This document shows positions 27,278 through 40,841 of a DNA stretch of 64,000 nt, one piece after another. A program made the position numbers and the translations under genes. The stretch spans positions 24,428,001 through 24,492,000 of the forward strand of contig OZ024745.1 of NCBI GenBank assembly GCA_964016885.1. The letters are read 5' to 3'. Numbering within the stretch: the first letter of the stretch is position 1; each line of letters starts with the position of its first letter. The stretch is from Eledone cirrhosa (lineage: Eukaryota). The notes below the pieces were generated by a model. It searched no databases. It worked only from the letters and a program-made list of their open reading frames with translations, and was not told where the DNA came from.

Positions 27278-28198
27278 GGTGGATTGGCAGTATCGGTAGA
27301 GGGTCGGACGCCATGTTTTGCAGCATAGAGTTACGGCTATTTATGATCTGAGCTCAAATCCCGCCGAGGTTAACTTTGCCTTTCATCCTTATGGGGTCGA
27401 TAAAATAAAGTACCAGTCGCGCACTGGGGTCGATTTAATCGACTTTCCCCTCCCCCCAAATTACTGGCCTTGTGCCTATATAAGATACCATTATTATTAT
27501 TGGTGGATTGGGCGGTGGGCTGGCAGTATCGGTAGAGGGTCGGACGCCATGCTTTCCAGCATAGTTACGTCCCTTTACGATCTGAGTTCAAATCCCGCCG
27601 AGGTTGACTTTGCCTTTCATCCTTACGGGGTCGATAATATAAAGTACCAGTAATGCACTGGATTATTGCTGGCCTTGTGCCTAAAGTAGAAATAATTATT
27701 ATTGGTGGATTGGCAGTATCGGTAGAGGGTCGGACGCGTTGCTTTGACGCATAGAGTTACGGCCCTTGCCATTCTGAGTTCAAATCCCGCCGAGGTTAAC
27801 TTTGCCTTTCATCCTTACGGGGTCGATAAAATAAAGTACCAGTAATGCACTGGGTGATTGCTGGCCTTGTGCCAAAAGTAGAAACAATTATTTGTGGATT
27901 GGCAGTATTGGTAGAGGGTCGGACGCGTTGCTTTGACGCATAGAATTATGGCCCTTGCCATTCTGAGTTCAAATCCCGCCGAGGTTAACTTTGCCTTTCA
28001 TCCTCACGGGGTCGATAAAATAAAGTACCAGTAATGCACTGGGTGATTGCTGGCCTTGTGCCAAAAGTAGAAACAATTATTTGTGGATTGGCAGTATTGG
28101 TAGAGGGTCGGACGCCATGCTTTGACGCATAGAATTATGGCCCTTGCCATTCTGAGTTCAAATCTCGCCGAGGTTAACTTTGCCTTTCATCCTTACGG
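27278..28198 (+). mobile_element. Five head-to-tail SINE copies
   Basis: Starts at ~27278, 27502, 27704, 27893 and 28083, separated only by short ATT runs; the last copy is truncated. Confidence 0.88.
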
Positions 28199-28929
28199 GA
28201 TTATTATTATTGTTATCATTAATATTATTTTTATTATTATTATTATTGCTATTATTCAAAAACTGGCAATGGTGTAGATCTTGGAAAACATGTTCAAGGC
28301 TAACGAATACGAGGAAATTACCGAACAATGTTAGTTATAATCACTTAACATTGTTATTTTCTGGGAGGTGCTTTATGTTTATCTTTCTAGAGCAAACCAC
28401 AAGAATTACGCAACATGTTGCTATAAGCCCAATATAGTTTTATATTACCATATATATGATGATTTCTTTATTCTATATATATAATAATATAAATACAGTT
28501 AATTAATGAAATAAAAACGAATCTGCGTCCCCTAAGTAGGGACACTATTTTGTTCTGTTTATGTGTTTCTATTGTTTTACAAGTAATCTACATAATATTC
28601 GTGCAATATCTATCATAAGGCTTGCTTCACAACTTCATCTGTGCCAGGTGAAGTTAGTAAAATTATAGACTTCATAAAATATATAATGAAGAATGGATAC
28701 CTAACACAAATAGCCACGAAGTATGAACAAAGAAAAACATTGTCTTCTGTCTTTAGGGATCCAACAGTATCAAAACAGAAGCTGAATTGAGATAATTGTG
28801 AAGAAAATACAAAGCAAAAAAGGCGAAATAACAACTACACAGATCTTCAGAATGCTAAAACGATAGCTAGAATATTCCCTACATCGCTATTACCTGAAAA
28901 GGCTAGGGCGTAAAATGGTGAAAGTAAAC

Positions 28930-29490
28930 AAGCAAAATTCACAAACACTGGATAGGAAACACTGAACTGAAAGCTGGGATTAAAAGATTTCTAATCGCAG
29001 CGGAGAGATCAAAGCCTCCATACCAGAAACCAACAATAGTACACAATGAAGAAGACAGCAACTGCAGAATATCTGGAAATGAAGGAAAAGAATTAATCAC
29101 ATTGTCAATGGCTGCCCAATCTTAGCAATTAGAAAATATATCTAAAACCATGATTTGGGATTTATATAAACTGAAAGTTATGCCAACACTACGAAGTGCC
29201 AATGGGGGTACAGGCATACAGAGAAGACAGTACAGGCATACAGAGAAGACAGTACAGGCATACAGAGAAGACAGTACAGAGAATGAGAGAACTACTATAT
29301 TATGAGATATGTTACGAAAATCAAAGCCAAGCGACCAGAAATTGTAGTCAAAGATCAGAAAAACAGGCATGCCATCTATTTGACCTATCAATCCCAACAG
29401 ATGATAATATATCTATCAAGGAAATAGAGGAATTATCCAAATATAAAGATCTAGAGATAGAAATAACTCGAATGTGGATGATGTAAACAA
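28930..29490 (+). mobile_element. Decayed RLE-type (R4/Dong-like) non-LTR fragment
   Basis: FLIAA.DQSL.T, INHIVNGCPILA, RPEIVVKD, DLSIPTDDNISIKEIEELSKYKDLEIEITRMW; contains a 22-bp tandem triplication at ~29209-29278. Confidence 0.75.
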
Positions 29491-29831
29491 AAACTCTGTA
29501 CGGCCGAAAGGCAGAGCTAATGTCAGTGGGAATTGAACTCAGAATGTAAAGGGTTGTAAGTCTGTGCCGAAAATTATGTTTCCGACACTGCCGGATACTG
29601 CCAATCTTTCGCCCTCTTACACCTACATATATGTATAAAGTAAATTACACATATTTACAAATTCCTCGAAATTTCTTGACTCAAACATGAAAGCTTCGTT
29701 ACCTTGTTAGCGATCGTCTTGAATTCTGCAAAGAACTTAAATAAATTTCGAAGAAAACATACATATATACATACATACATACATACATACATACATACAT
29801 ACATACATACATACATACATACATACATACA

Positions 29832-31327
<1,496 letters not shown>

Positions 31328-31712
31328 ATATACATATATACATACATATATACATACATACAAACAAACATAGATACATACATACATACATACATACATA
31401 CATACATACATACATACATACATACATACATACATACATACATACATACATACATACATACAAATATACATACTTACTTACATACATACACAGAATGTTT
31501 AGTTCGTTCATTAGAGATATTTGACCTTTCTTAAACTGATTGCTGGACGCAAAATCCAATCATCAGACTCGTAGAAGACCATGGCTAAAGAGGTGAGTAT
31601 GTTGGTTTAGATGGGCTGATGTACAGAAAGATGTATGTGTCTATCTGGTCTTTATGTAATTCTGCATATGTCTGTTTACATGTGTGTGTTTGTGTGCGTA
31701 TATGTCTGTGTA

Positions 31713-31785
<73 letters not shown>

Positions 31786-32113
31786 GATGTAAGTGTATGT
31801 GATGGAAATTCAGACGTTTGTGAGACCGAATTGTTGTGTCGTAGGAAATTGGTATCTCTCAAGTGTATTTATACAATAGACATGGCAGTTTTAGTAGGGA
31901 AAGATTGACGTCAGGTTTAAAGGATCGTGTGTGGTTTCTTCTCTCTGCTAAATTACAGAATGGAAGTAGCTGGTATGAGGAAGTTTATGTATAGGGAAAG
32001 AAATAGAGAGAGACGATGTGATCATAAAATAAGAATTACAGTGGGAATAGCATTGGAGCAGAGAAGAGCCTAGTGAATATAGGCATATAGGCAGCGGAAA
32101 GAGGAACAGTAAC

Positions 32114-32206
<93 letters not shown>

Positions 32207-32400
32207 AAGAGGGGGGAGAGGGATACATACAGGCAGAGATAGATAGAGAACTGGGTCGAGATATAGAATAGAGTGAGAAAGGTTCGGCAGCTCAATAGGG
32301 GAGGAAGGTTTTGGCGATCTGAATTTTCAAGTAGGGACAGACATTATGTTGGTGTGTCTATTCATCTACCTATATATCTACCTATCTACATATCTACCTA

Positions 32401-32487
32401 CCTTTTTTTACACGACTGAATGTCCCCGGCATGTGTCTTTGTATTGTCCCCTTTTCTTGTGCGCCCTTATAGCAAATAAAGAAATAT
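32401..32487 (+). mobile_element. Very short 3' tip of another Tx1-like lineage (family D)
   Basis: TGTCTTTGTATTGTCCCC..GCGCCCTTATAGCAAATAAAGAAATA followed by TATC repeats; degenerate TATC/TACC tract upstream. Confidence 0.65.
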
Positions 32488-32510
32488 ATCTATCTATTTA
32501 TCTATCTATA

Positions 32511-33213
32511 TGGGGGACTGGCACATCGAATGTGCTCAGGCGCTCACAGTCCTCTGGCAAACAGACCCGGCCATCAGTGGAGACTCCACTTCGATATTCT
32601 ATAGAGTGTTGGTCCTCAGCAAGGAGAAACGCTCGGAGAAACTCTGGCCAGTCTGTTCGGTAGGACCTTCCGCCTGGGACCAATGGACAACTTTCAAAAG
32701 TCCATTGTCATGATCAAACCGCCACCCTCATTCAAAAACGAGGGAGAGGCGGTTTTCCTATGTGTTATGGCTATGGTGAAAGAGGTTATATGGTGCACGA
32801 GGTTAAAAGGGTTGAGGTCAGACACCTTTCTCTCCGGCGAGCAACTGATTCGTTTTTTTCAAATAACATTTTGGAAGAAGAATCAGGATGGAGAGAGAGG
32901 TGCTATACCCCAGCAAATTTTATAAAAGGTGGGTGAATGTGGCAAAGATGGCCCGAGTGGCTGGGCCTTCTCTCTATATAAGCCTGTAGGTTGAGGAAAA
33001 AGAGGAAGGAAGTACTCACTCTTGGTGCTCCTGGAGATGAGGGTTGTACATATTTTCGGGGTGTGTACAACCCCTGTGTAACACCTCCCCCCTTTTGAGG
33101 ATTTCAATTGTTATTTGTTATTGTATTAATAGTTTTATTTTCATATACCTGTATGTAAACTCCCCATTTGTATTTGTCCCCTTCTTTTGTGCCCTTGTGG
33201 CTAATAAAGAAAT
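32511..33213 (+). mobile_element. Truncated, internally deleted family B Tx1-like copy
   Basis: Near-identical to parts of 37835-38765, including the 3' UTR; TATC tracts on both sides. Confidence 0.88.
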
Positions 33214-33280
33214 TTATCTATCTATCTACCTACATACTTATCTATCTATCTAACTATCTATCTATCTATCTATCTATCTA

Positions 33281-33672
33281 TCCCCTTCTTTAAGTACCAC
33301 TTCAGAAGGAAGGTGAGAGTGGAAAGAGAGGTGCTACACCCCAGTAAATTCGCTGAAAGGTGGGTGAATGTGGAAAAAATGGCCCGAGTGAATGGGCCTT
33401 CCCTGTATATAAACCTGTAGGTTGAGGAAGATAAACAGAGGGAAGACAGGAACACCTACAAAACGTGTTCCTGGTGTTGAGGGTTGTTCTATCCTTCGGG
33501 GTGTAAAACAACCCTGCAGTAACGTTCCCCCCTACTGGGGATTTCAATTGTTATTTTATTATATATAGTTTATTGTTATTTATTAATGTTAAAGTTATTT
33601 TTATGTAAAACCCCCGCCGTCACGTCTTGTAATGTCCCATTTTTGTACGCCCCTGTGGCAAATAAAGAAAGA
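33281..33672 (+). mobile_element. 3' fragment of a third Tx1-like lineage (family C)
   Basis: Encodes FFKYHFRRKVRVEREVLHPSKFAERWVNVEKMARVNGPSLYINL*; its own 3' UTR ends GCCCCTGTGGCAAATAAAGAAAGA then (TATC)n. Confidence 0.85.
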
Positions 33673-33694
33673 TATCTATCTATCTATCTATCTA

Positions 33695-36600
33695 ACTCCG
33701 GTAGATATTTCAAATGCAAATGAGCTTTTGAATAACGCCAGACAAATATGTAACTTTTGGGGAGTACGGATCATTCTCCATAAACTCTCCCCCTGACTTG
33801 CGAAGAGAAGCTGCCTTGAAAACTGTGATTTTCAGGTGAATCTCAAACAAAACACGAAAACCGACTCAACTTTCACAAGGCGAAATTGAGTTGGCTTTAA
33901 AAAATGCCTTAAAAGACATTGCTTTTATTCAGAAGGGTAGACTCTACGGGAGTTTATCCATTCTAATGACAGACCAATTGGCGGCACAGAAATATTCTGT
34001 GTCGCCAATTGTGTCACCGCTGTTCACCTTTTTCCCCACTTACATGGGGAAAAGGACACAGAAAATAAAAATCCAAAGTATCACACCAAATATTGATATT
34101 TGGTGGGTACTATGTGGATTTTTAAACCACGAAACAGACTATATATATGGATAGGTAAGTCCTCCGGCGACCTGTTCAGCGGAACTAGCCTGGAAGTTCT
34201 GGTCCAAATGACACCAGAACGAATAGCTAGGATCCCGGAACGTGTGTTGCTGGATGGGCTTATATACATAAACATTTCGGTCGAGGGTAGGCGGCCCTCA
34301 TGTTACCACTGCTCAAGCAGGTGTCACCTGAGAGCTTACTGTCCTCGGCTAACTAGCCAAAAAAAGGCACTACTGCCAACACCTGCAACACCAGCACAAC
34401 AATCACCACCACCACCACAACAACAACAACATAAAAAAATAGTGACAACAAAACAAACGACAAACATAGTCCCACCCAACCCCTCCTCACCTAAAACAAC
34501 TCCAGAAACACCCACACATATATCAGCTCCCCAAAATGTACCCCTCCCCAACAACACGGATGAGGCCTCATCATCGTCACCCAGTGACGATGAGGGTGAG
34601 CCTTTCCGACCAGTAAAAAGAAAAAAGAAAAGACATAACAGAAACAAAAATGCAACAAACACACAAACACCAACACAAGCGACGCAAACAGCACAAACAA
34701 AAACACCCCCTCCTGAAAACAAAACACCTACTACAAAACGTAAACACACACAAGAACCACAGACAAAAAGCAACCCAACACAACAAAAATGTTACACCTA
34801 CATAAATACTAACAATAAAACTTTAAGAGACACCATATATAAAAACCCTTCGGGGGAGACCGAAGGGAAAACTTTTCCACACTCTTCGGAGAATCCTAAT
34901 CTTAAAATGATTAGGACCTCCATGAACACACATAAACAGTTGAAAGAAAGATTTCCTAACGACGTAGGTAACCCCTGCGTCAAACCCTACAAACGAGTCC
35001 TGTTAAAATGTTTCCCCACCTCCACCCCTATCCCACCAGACACCCCCTCCCCACCAAACATCTCTGTCCCCACCCCTCCAGAGACCACCACCCCACCAAA
35101 CAACCCCTCCAACACCCTCATGGAAATTGTGCAGCCTGGTCCCCAGGAGACGAAGAGGTGAGTGATTTCTTTTCCTCTTCTTTTAACTTTTCAGCACCAA
35201 CATGGCCAATATAAGAGTTGGATGTGTGAATGTACGCGGATGCCCTGGAAACAGGGCAAACTCTTAAACGACCTCAGGTCGCACAGTATGGATGGAGTAG
35301 CCATTTGCGAGTCCAGGATCCACAGCGAGCGACAACTGGCCCCCATCTTCGACGACTTTAAGACCTACGCATCTCTCTGTCAGCCGAGAGGTGGGGGTGG
35401 GGTTGCCGTTTTGCTGCGGAAACACCTGGACCTCATAACACAGATGGTACATCTGGACCCGGAGGGTCGACTGGTGGTCCTAGACGTTGACGGTAGTGAA
35501 GGTGGAGCCTTCAGGCTGGTAGCCTCATATGCCCCATCCGGGACACCGCGGCCAGACTTCTTCAAACGTCTAGAGACTTTTCTGGGAAATCCCGCTCCCT
35601 ACTGTTAGTGGGGGACTGGAATGGAATCCTAGATGCACATTGGTACTATGAGGGAGCATGTCCCGATAGAGGGGGGTGTAACGGCCTCATACAGTTAATC
35701 GGCCGATTTGACATGGCCGATAGATATCGACTAGATTTTCCGACTGTGCCACTGTGGACGTGGACTAATCGTAGCGGAACATCTAGATCGTACCTAGATA
35801 GGGTTCTAGTTAGAAAGAAGGATAAAGACATGTTAAGCTGTCCACAAATGTTCATGGTTGCCTATTCAGATCACAAATTAGTGACCTGCTTAATCAACCT
35901 TGACAAAACCCATAGACAGGGACCCGGCTACTGGAAGCTGAACTTGTCGTTACCGACATGCAAAGCCTACAGTAGACGGATTAGCACTTTAGTTAAGCAG
36001 CACTTGACGCGGGCCATTGTCAACAACAGATGGTGGTACTCTCTCAAAAGGGCAGTTAGATTAGACTCGATAGGTTTTAGTAAAGAATTAGTGTTAGATA
36101 GAAATAAGATCGAAAATGAACTGGTAGATAAAGTAGAAGAGGCACTTAGGAGTGGCAACGTAGCCAGCGTGCTAGCGACTAGAACAGACTTAGACCAGTT
36201 CTTCAACGCAAAACATGAAGTTTGCGTTGTCAGAAGCAAAATACGTGCTCTGGGAAACGAGGGAGCCAAAGTTGTTGGCTGGGCCCGAGCGAGGGAGGGG
36301 AAAAGTGGCAAGAAGTCCACGATTCGGTCTTCGAAGCAAATGTGCGCGGCCTTTCAGCGGCACTTTGCTCAACTGTTCGGGCAGGGCGGCGCGCCTGGAG
36401 GGGCTATGGATTTCGATTCGTACCTTGACGGCCTACCGCGACTCTCGGACAGCGAGGCGAAGTTCTGCGAAAGGCCGATTTCGGCCGCTGAGATAGGGGA
36501 CGCGCTGAGCCAATGCGGCAAACGCAAATCTCCAGGTCTCGATGGTCTACCCTACGAATTTTACGTAGCAATGCCGGACTTGTTCTCCGGTCTCCTGGAA

Positions 36601-38765
36601 GCGGTCTACTGCAACTGGCAGCAGAACGGGAAAATTCCCAGTTCTGTGACCAAGGGCGTAATCACGTTAGTCAGGAAGGACGAGGACAAGGGGGATGACA
36701 TAGGCAACTTCTGGCCCATAACTCTGCTCAACACAGAGTTACAAATTTGGGCCAAGGTGTTAGCAAAGAGGCTGGCGCTTGTCTTCGAAAACCTGGTCCA
36801 TACACGACAACCTCCACCTCGTGCGATACATCATAGAGAGGGTAGGGTGTAAACCCGGCTTCGGTGGCCCTGATCAACTTAGATCAGTCTAAGGCTTTCG
36901 ATAGGGTTGACCATCGTTACCTGGATGCGGTGCTCGAGGCGGCAGGTTTCGGACCCGTGTTCAGGGGCTGGATTGCTACAATGCACAGCAGCAACATCTA
37001 CTCAAAGGTCAAGGTGAACGGCTACCTCTCGGAGCCGTTCCATATCACGTGATCCATCCGACAGGGATGCTCTCTCTCCTCCCTTCTGTACGTACTGACT
37101 CTCGAGCCACTACCACGGAAGTTGGAGCTATTGGAGGGCATTCCTTTGGAACCGGGACTGCGGAAAGCGGCGTCGGCTTTCCGACGATGTAGTAGTAATG
37201 GTGTCGAGCACCTCGCAAATCGGGGAGATCGGCACCTTACTGGAGGAATATGAAAGGTTCACAGGAGCGAAGCTGAACCGGGACAAATCCGTCGCTTTGC
37301 AACTCGGAACGTGGAGAGGCAAACCGATGCCTTGCGATGACGTCGTCGGGGCTGGACGGAAGGACCGGTAAAGCTGCTCGGGGTCTGGTTTGGTCCGGAC
37401 CTCCAGGTGGAGAAGAACTGGAACGAGGTGACGGCCAAGGTGTTTGCGCTCACCCAGAAGTGGGCCGAGTGCAAACTATCCTTGAAAGGTCGAGCGGAGG
37501 TGGCGAACACTTTTATAGCGTCCGTCATCTACTACCGCTTGACCTTCGTGCCTTGTCCAGCCAAAACGCTCACCAAAATGGAGTGCGCGCTCTTCCAATT
37601 CCTTTGGAAGAAACGGGCTCCTTTGGTGAGAAGATCCATCTGCTGCTAACACCCTTCAAACGGAGGGCTGGGGATGCCGTGGCTGACGATGCGCAAACAC
37701 GCGTTCAGGCTGCGGCACCTCCACGTATTCTTCACCAGACAACCGGTGTGGGCCCCGTTCGTGAGGCGAACCTTCACACGACTCGTCTCGCTGACCGAGC
37801 TGCAGTCCTAGGTCAAGCAAAGACCGAGGTAAATGGGCGACTGGCACATCGAATGTGCTCAGGCGCTCACAGTCAAACGGACCCGGCGATCAGTGGAGAC
37901 TCCACTTCGACATTCTTTAGAGGGTTGGTCCGCAGCATGTGTGACGACACGCTCGGAGAAACTCTAGGCGTAGAGGAGGACAAACTGGCCAGTCTGTTCT
38001 GTAGGACCTTCCGCCCGGGACTAAAGGACAACTTCCAAAAGTCCCTGGCCTGGCAGTGCTACCGAGGAGCTCTACCAGTTCGAAACAAGCTCTACAGACA
38101 TGGGCGCCCGGGTAGGGACCCATCGATAAAGATCTGTCCGAGATGCGTGCGAGACGACGAAACCGTCGCACACGCTTGTACACTTCCCGGGCGTTACCGA
38201 CTTGTGGAGCTATGTAGAACGACTATTGTCGCGGGTGGGACCAATCCGAGTCCATTGTCATGATCAAACCGCCACCCTCATTCAAAAACGAGGGAGAGGC
38301 GGTTTTCCTATGTGTTATGGCTATGGTGAAAGAGGTTATATGGTGGACGAGGTTAAAAGGGCTGAGGTCAGACACCTTTCTCTCCGGCGAGCAACTGATT
38401 CGTTTTTTTCAAATACCATTTTGGAAGAAGAATCAGGATGGAGAGAGAGGTGCTATACCCCAGCAAATTTTATAAAAGGTGGGTGTATGTGGCAAAGATG
38501 GCCCGAGTGGTTGGGCCTTCTCTCTATATAAGCCTGTAGGTTGAGGAAAAAGAGGAAGAGAGGAAGGAAGTACTCACTCTTGGTGCTCCTGGAGATGAGG
38601 GTTGGACATATTTTCGGGGTGTGTACAACCCTTGTGTAACACCTCCCTCCTATTGAGGATTTCAATTGTTATTTGTTATTGTATTAATAGTTATATTTTC
38701 TGTATGTAAACTCCCCATTTGTATTTGTCCCCTTCTTTTGTGCCCTTGTGGCTAATAAAGAAATT
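33695..38765 (+). mobile_element. Near-full-length, frameshifted family B Tx1-like element
   Basis: ORF1 remnant (PVDISNANELL, CYHCSSRCHLRAYC) and fragmented APE/RT; distinct 3' UTR ending GCCCTTGTGGCTAATAAAGAAATT then (TATC)n. Confidence 0.92.
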
Positions 38766-39035
38766 TATCTATCTGTCTATCTATCTATCTATCTATCTAT
38801 CTGTCTCTATCTATCTCTATCTATCTCTGGGATGGACACACGCGTATAACTTGCTGAGTAAGTTCTGTTTAAATTTCTATAGAAATTCTTGTCTGATAAC
38901 TTTAATTTTTGTACCATTTTGTAGAGGGACTGCCAGGTCAAACTTTGATCTGGTCAGTCTCTCAAAATATTCTACGCCTTTAGGCGAAATAGTTAAAAAA
39001 AGTTTTTTCTTGTTGAAAAGTCAATATTTTTTTAA

Positions 39036-40817
39036 ATGGCCGAAGCTTCTTCACCAAAATTCGAAGGAGGAAAGGGGAAGATGAACTTACAGCTTCCCCC
39101 TGCCACTGTCACAGTAGCAGAGGTCAAGAAGATAGGTCAGCCAGAGGAAGAATTCTCTCCACCTGTTAACCGACAACTTGACGTTACCATGGCAACAACC
39201 CAAAGAACCAACAGCAACAACAACAACAATGCGACGGTAGAAAACAACACCAATAACAATAACAATAACAACAACAAGACCAATAACGGTGACAACAACA
39301 ACAATGATAACAACAACACCACCAACGACAACAACAACACAAACAAACAAAATTTCTCCTTCGCCGAGACGACAAGGAAAACCCTCGACTATCTGCCAGT
39401 AGATATAACAAAAGCGAAGGAGCTACTGGCGGATGCGAAAAAATATATAGTGTACGGGGAAAATGGTTCATTCACAATCCATTCCCCCCCGGAACTAAAA
39501 AGCCAGAGACTCCTAAACACGGTCATGTTTAGGACAATCTCGAACAAAAGTAAAAAACCAGCTCAACCATCACAGAGCGAGATAGAGCTGGTTTTAAAAG
39601 ACGTCATGAAGGACATCACCTTCATTCAGAAGGATAGACTCTACGGGAGTCTATCCATTCTCATGAAGGACAGGGACACAGCAGTGAAACTGTCCATCAA
39701 ACCAATCACATCCACCGCATACACCTTCTACCCTACGTACATGGGTAGAAGAACACAAAAAATAAAAATCCACACCATCCTGCCGATTATGGACATATGG
39801 TGGGTTTTGACAGGTTTTCTGGACCTGGAGGATGACATGCTGGTGTCCATGGGAAAGGCATCGGGTGACGCGTTCAGTGGAACGAGCCTCGAACTTGTAG
39901 TTCAAATGAGGCCCGAAAGGATCGCCCAGATCCCTGAACGCGTCATACTGGATGATCTAACCTTCATCAACATTACCGTTGAGGGTAGACGGCCCTCGTG
40001 TTACCTCTGCGGAACCAGAGGTCACCTGAGGGCTGTCTGTCCCCAACTTAATAAGAAAACCCCAATCCTGCCTACACCACCAACAACTGCACAACCAACA
40101 CAATCACCACAACAACCACTACAAAAACAACCACCACAGCTCAAACCAAAACAAAACAATGTCCAACCCATCCCCTCCACTCAAAAAACAAAAACAATTT
40201 CCAAAACACCCGTACCGCAAACACAACCCGAAAATATACCCCTCCCCTCCAACGCGGAAGATGACCCTAGTTCGTCGTCAGACGAGGAGGAGCACTTCCA
40301 CACAATCAAAAGAAAAAAAAGAAAACACACCTCAGACACACAAATGAAAAAAACCCCTCCCCAAAACATAACACTGACACCAACACAAAAGAGCTCACAA
40401 CAGCAAACAAAAAACACCACACAAAAACAAAAACATGCATACACATACATAAATACAAGAAACAAAAAACTGTTAAACATTGTGTACAACAACAATCTAA
40501 TAAAAACACAAGGGCCTAACTTCACCCAGGCAGGGGATTTCCCCCACCTCAAAATGATTAAGGCCCCACAGGACACCTATAAAACTTTAAAAAACAATTT
40601 TAAAGAGGACGTGGGTCCCCCCTGCGTCGGGCCCATTAACCGAGTCCTCCTAAAAAACTATCCCACCCCCTCCCCAAACACCCTCACAACTCCAAGCTCC
40701 CCAACCACACAACACACTGATGCCCCCACACTTCCACAAACCACCACCCCACCCAACAACCCATCCCCCACCCTAATGGAAATTGTGCAGCCCGATACCC
40801 GGGACGCAGAGAGGTAA
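39036..40817 (+). CDS. ORF1 (gag-like nucleic-acid-binding protein) of the Tx1-like LINE
   Basis: 593-aa ORF with a CCHC zinc knuckle (CYLCGTRGHLRAVC), a poly-Asn tract and a Pro/Thr/Gln-rich C-terminal half; homologous to the decayed ORF1 at 33.7-35.2 kb. Confidence 0.9.
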   Translation: MAEASSPKFEGGKGKMNLQLPPATVTVAEVKKIGQPEEEFSPPVNRQLDVTMATTQRTNSNNNNNATVENNTNNNNNNNNKTNNGDNNNNDNNNTTNDNNNTNKQNFSFAETTRKTLDYLPVDITKAKELLADAKKYIVYGENGSFTIHSPPELKSQRLLNTVMFRTISNKSKKPAQPSQSEIELVLKDVMKDITFIQKDRLYGSLSILMKDRDTAVKLSIKPITSTAYTFYPTYMGRRTQKIKIHTILPIMDIWWVLTGFLDLEDDMLVSMGKASGDAFSGTSLELVVQMRPERIAQIPERVILDDLTFINITVEGRRPSCYLCGTRGHLRAVCPQLNKKTPILPTPPTTAQPTQSPQQPLQKQPPQLKPKQNNVQPIPSTQKTKTISKTPVPQTQPENIPLPSNAEDDPSSSSDEEEHFHTIKRKKRKHTSDTQMKKTPPQNITLTPTQKSSQQQTKNTTQKQKHAYTYINTRNKKLLNIVYNNNLIKTQGPNFTQAGDFPHLKMIKAPQDTYKTLKNNFKEDVGPPCVGPINRVLLKNYPTPSPNTLTTPSSPTTQHTDAPTLPQTTTPPNNPSPTLMEIVQPDTRDAER

Positions 40818-40841
40818 GTGCCTTTTCTCTTCACCACCAAC

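Noticed and set aside
28930-29490. R4/Dong-like element as the SINE's partner (Dong targets TAA repeats)
   Set aside because: Its 3' end is missing here, so no tail similarity can be shown; it remains an untested alternative
31515-31575. CUGAUGA followed by a hairpin on the minus strand (similar cases at ~3437, 6714 and 6966)
   Set aside because: No correctly placed GAAA/UH with a pairing stem I
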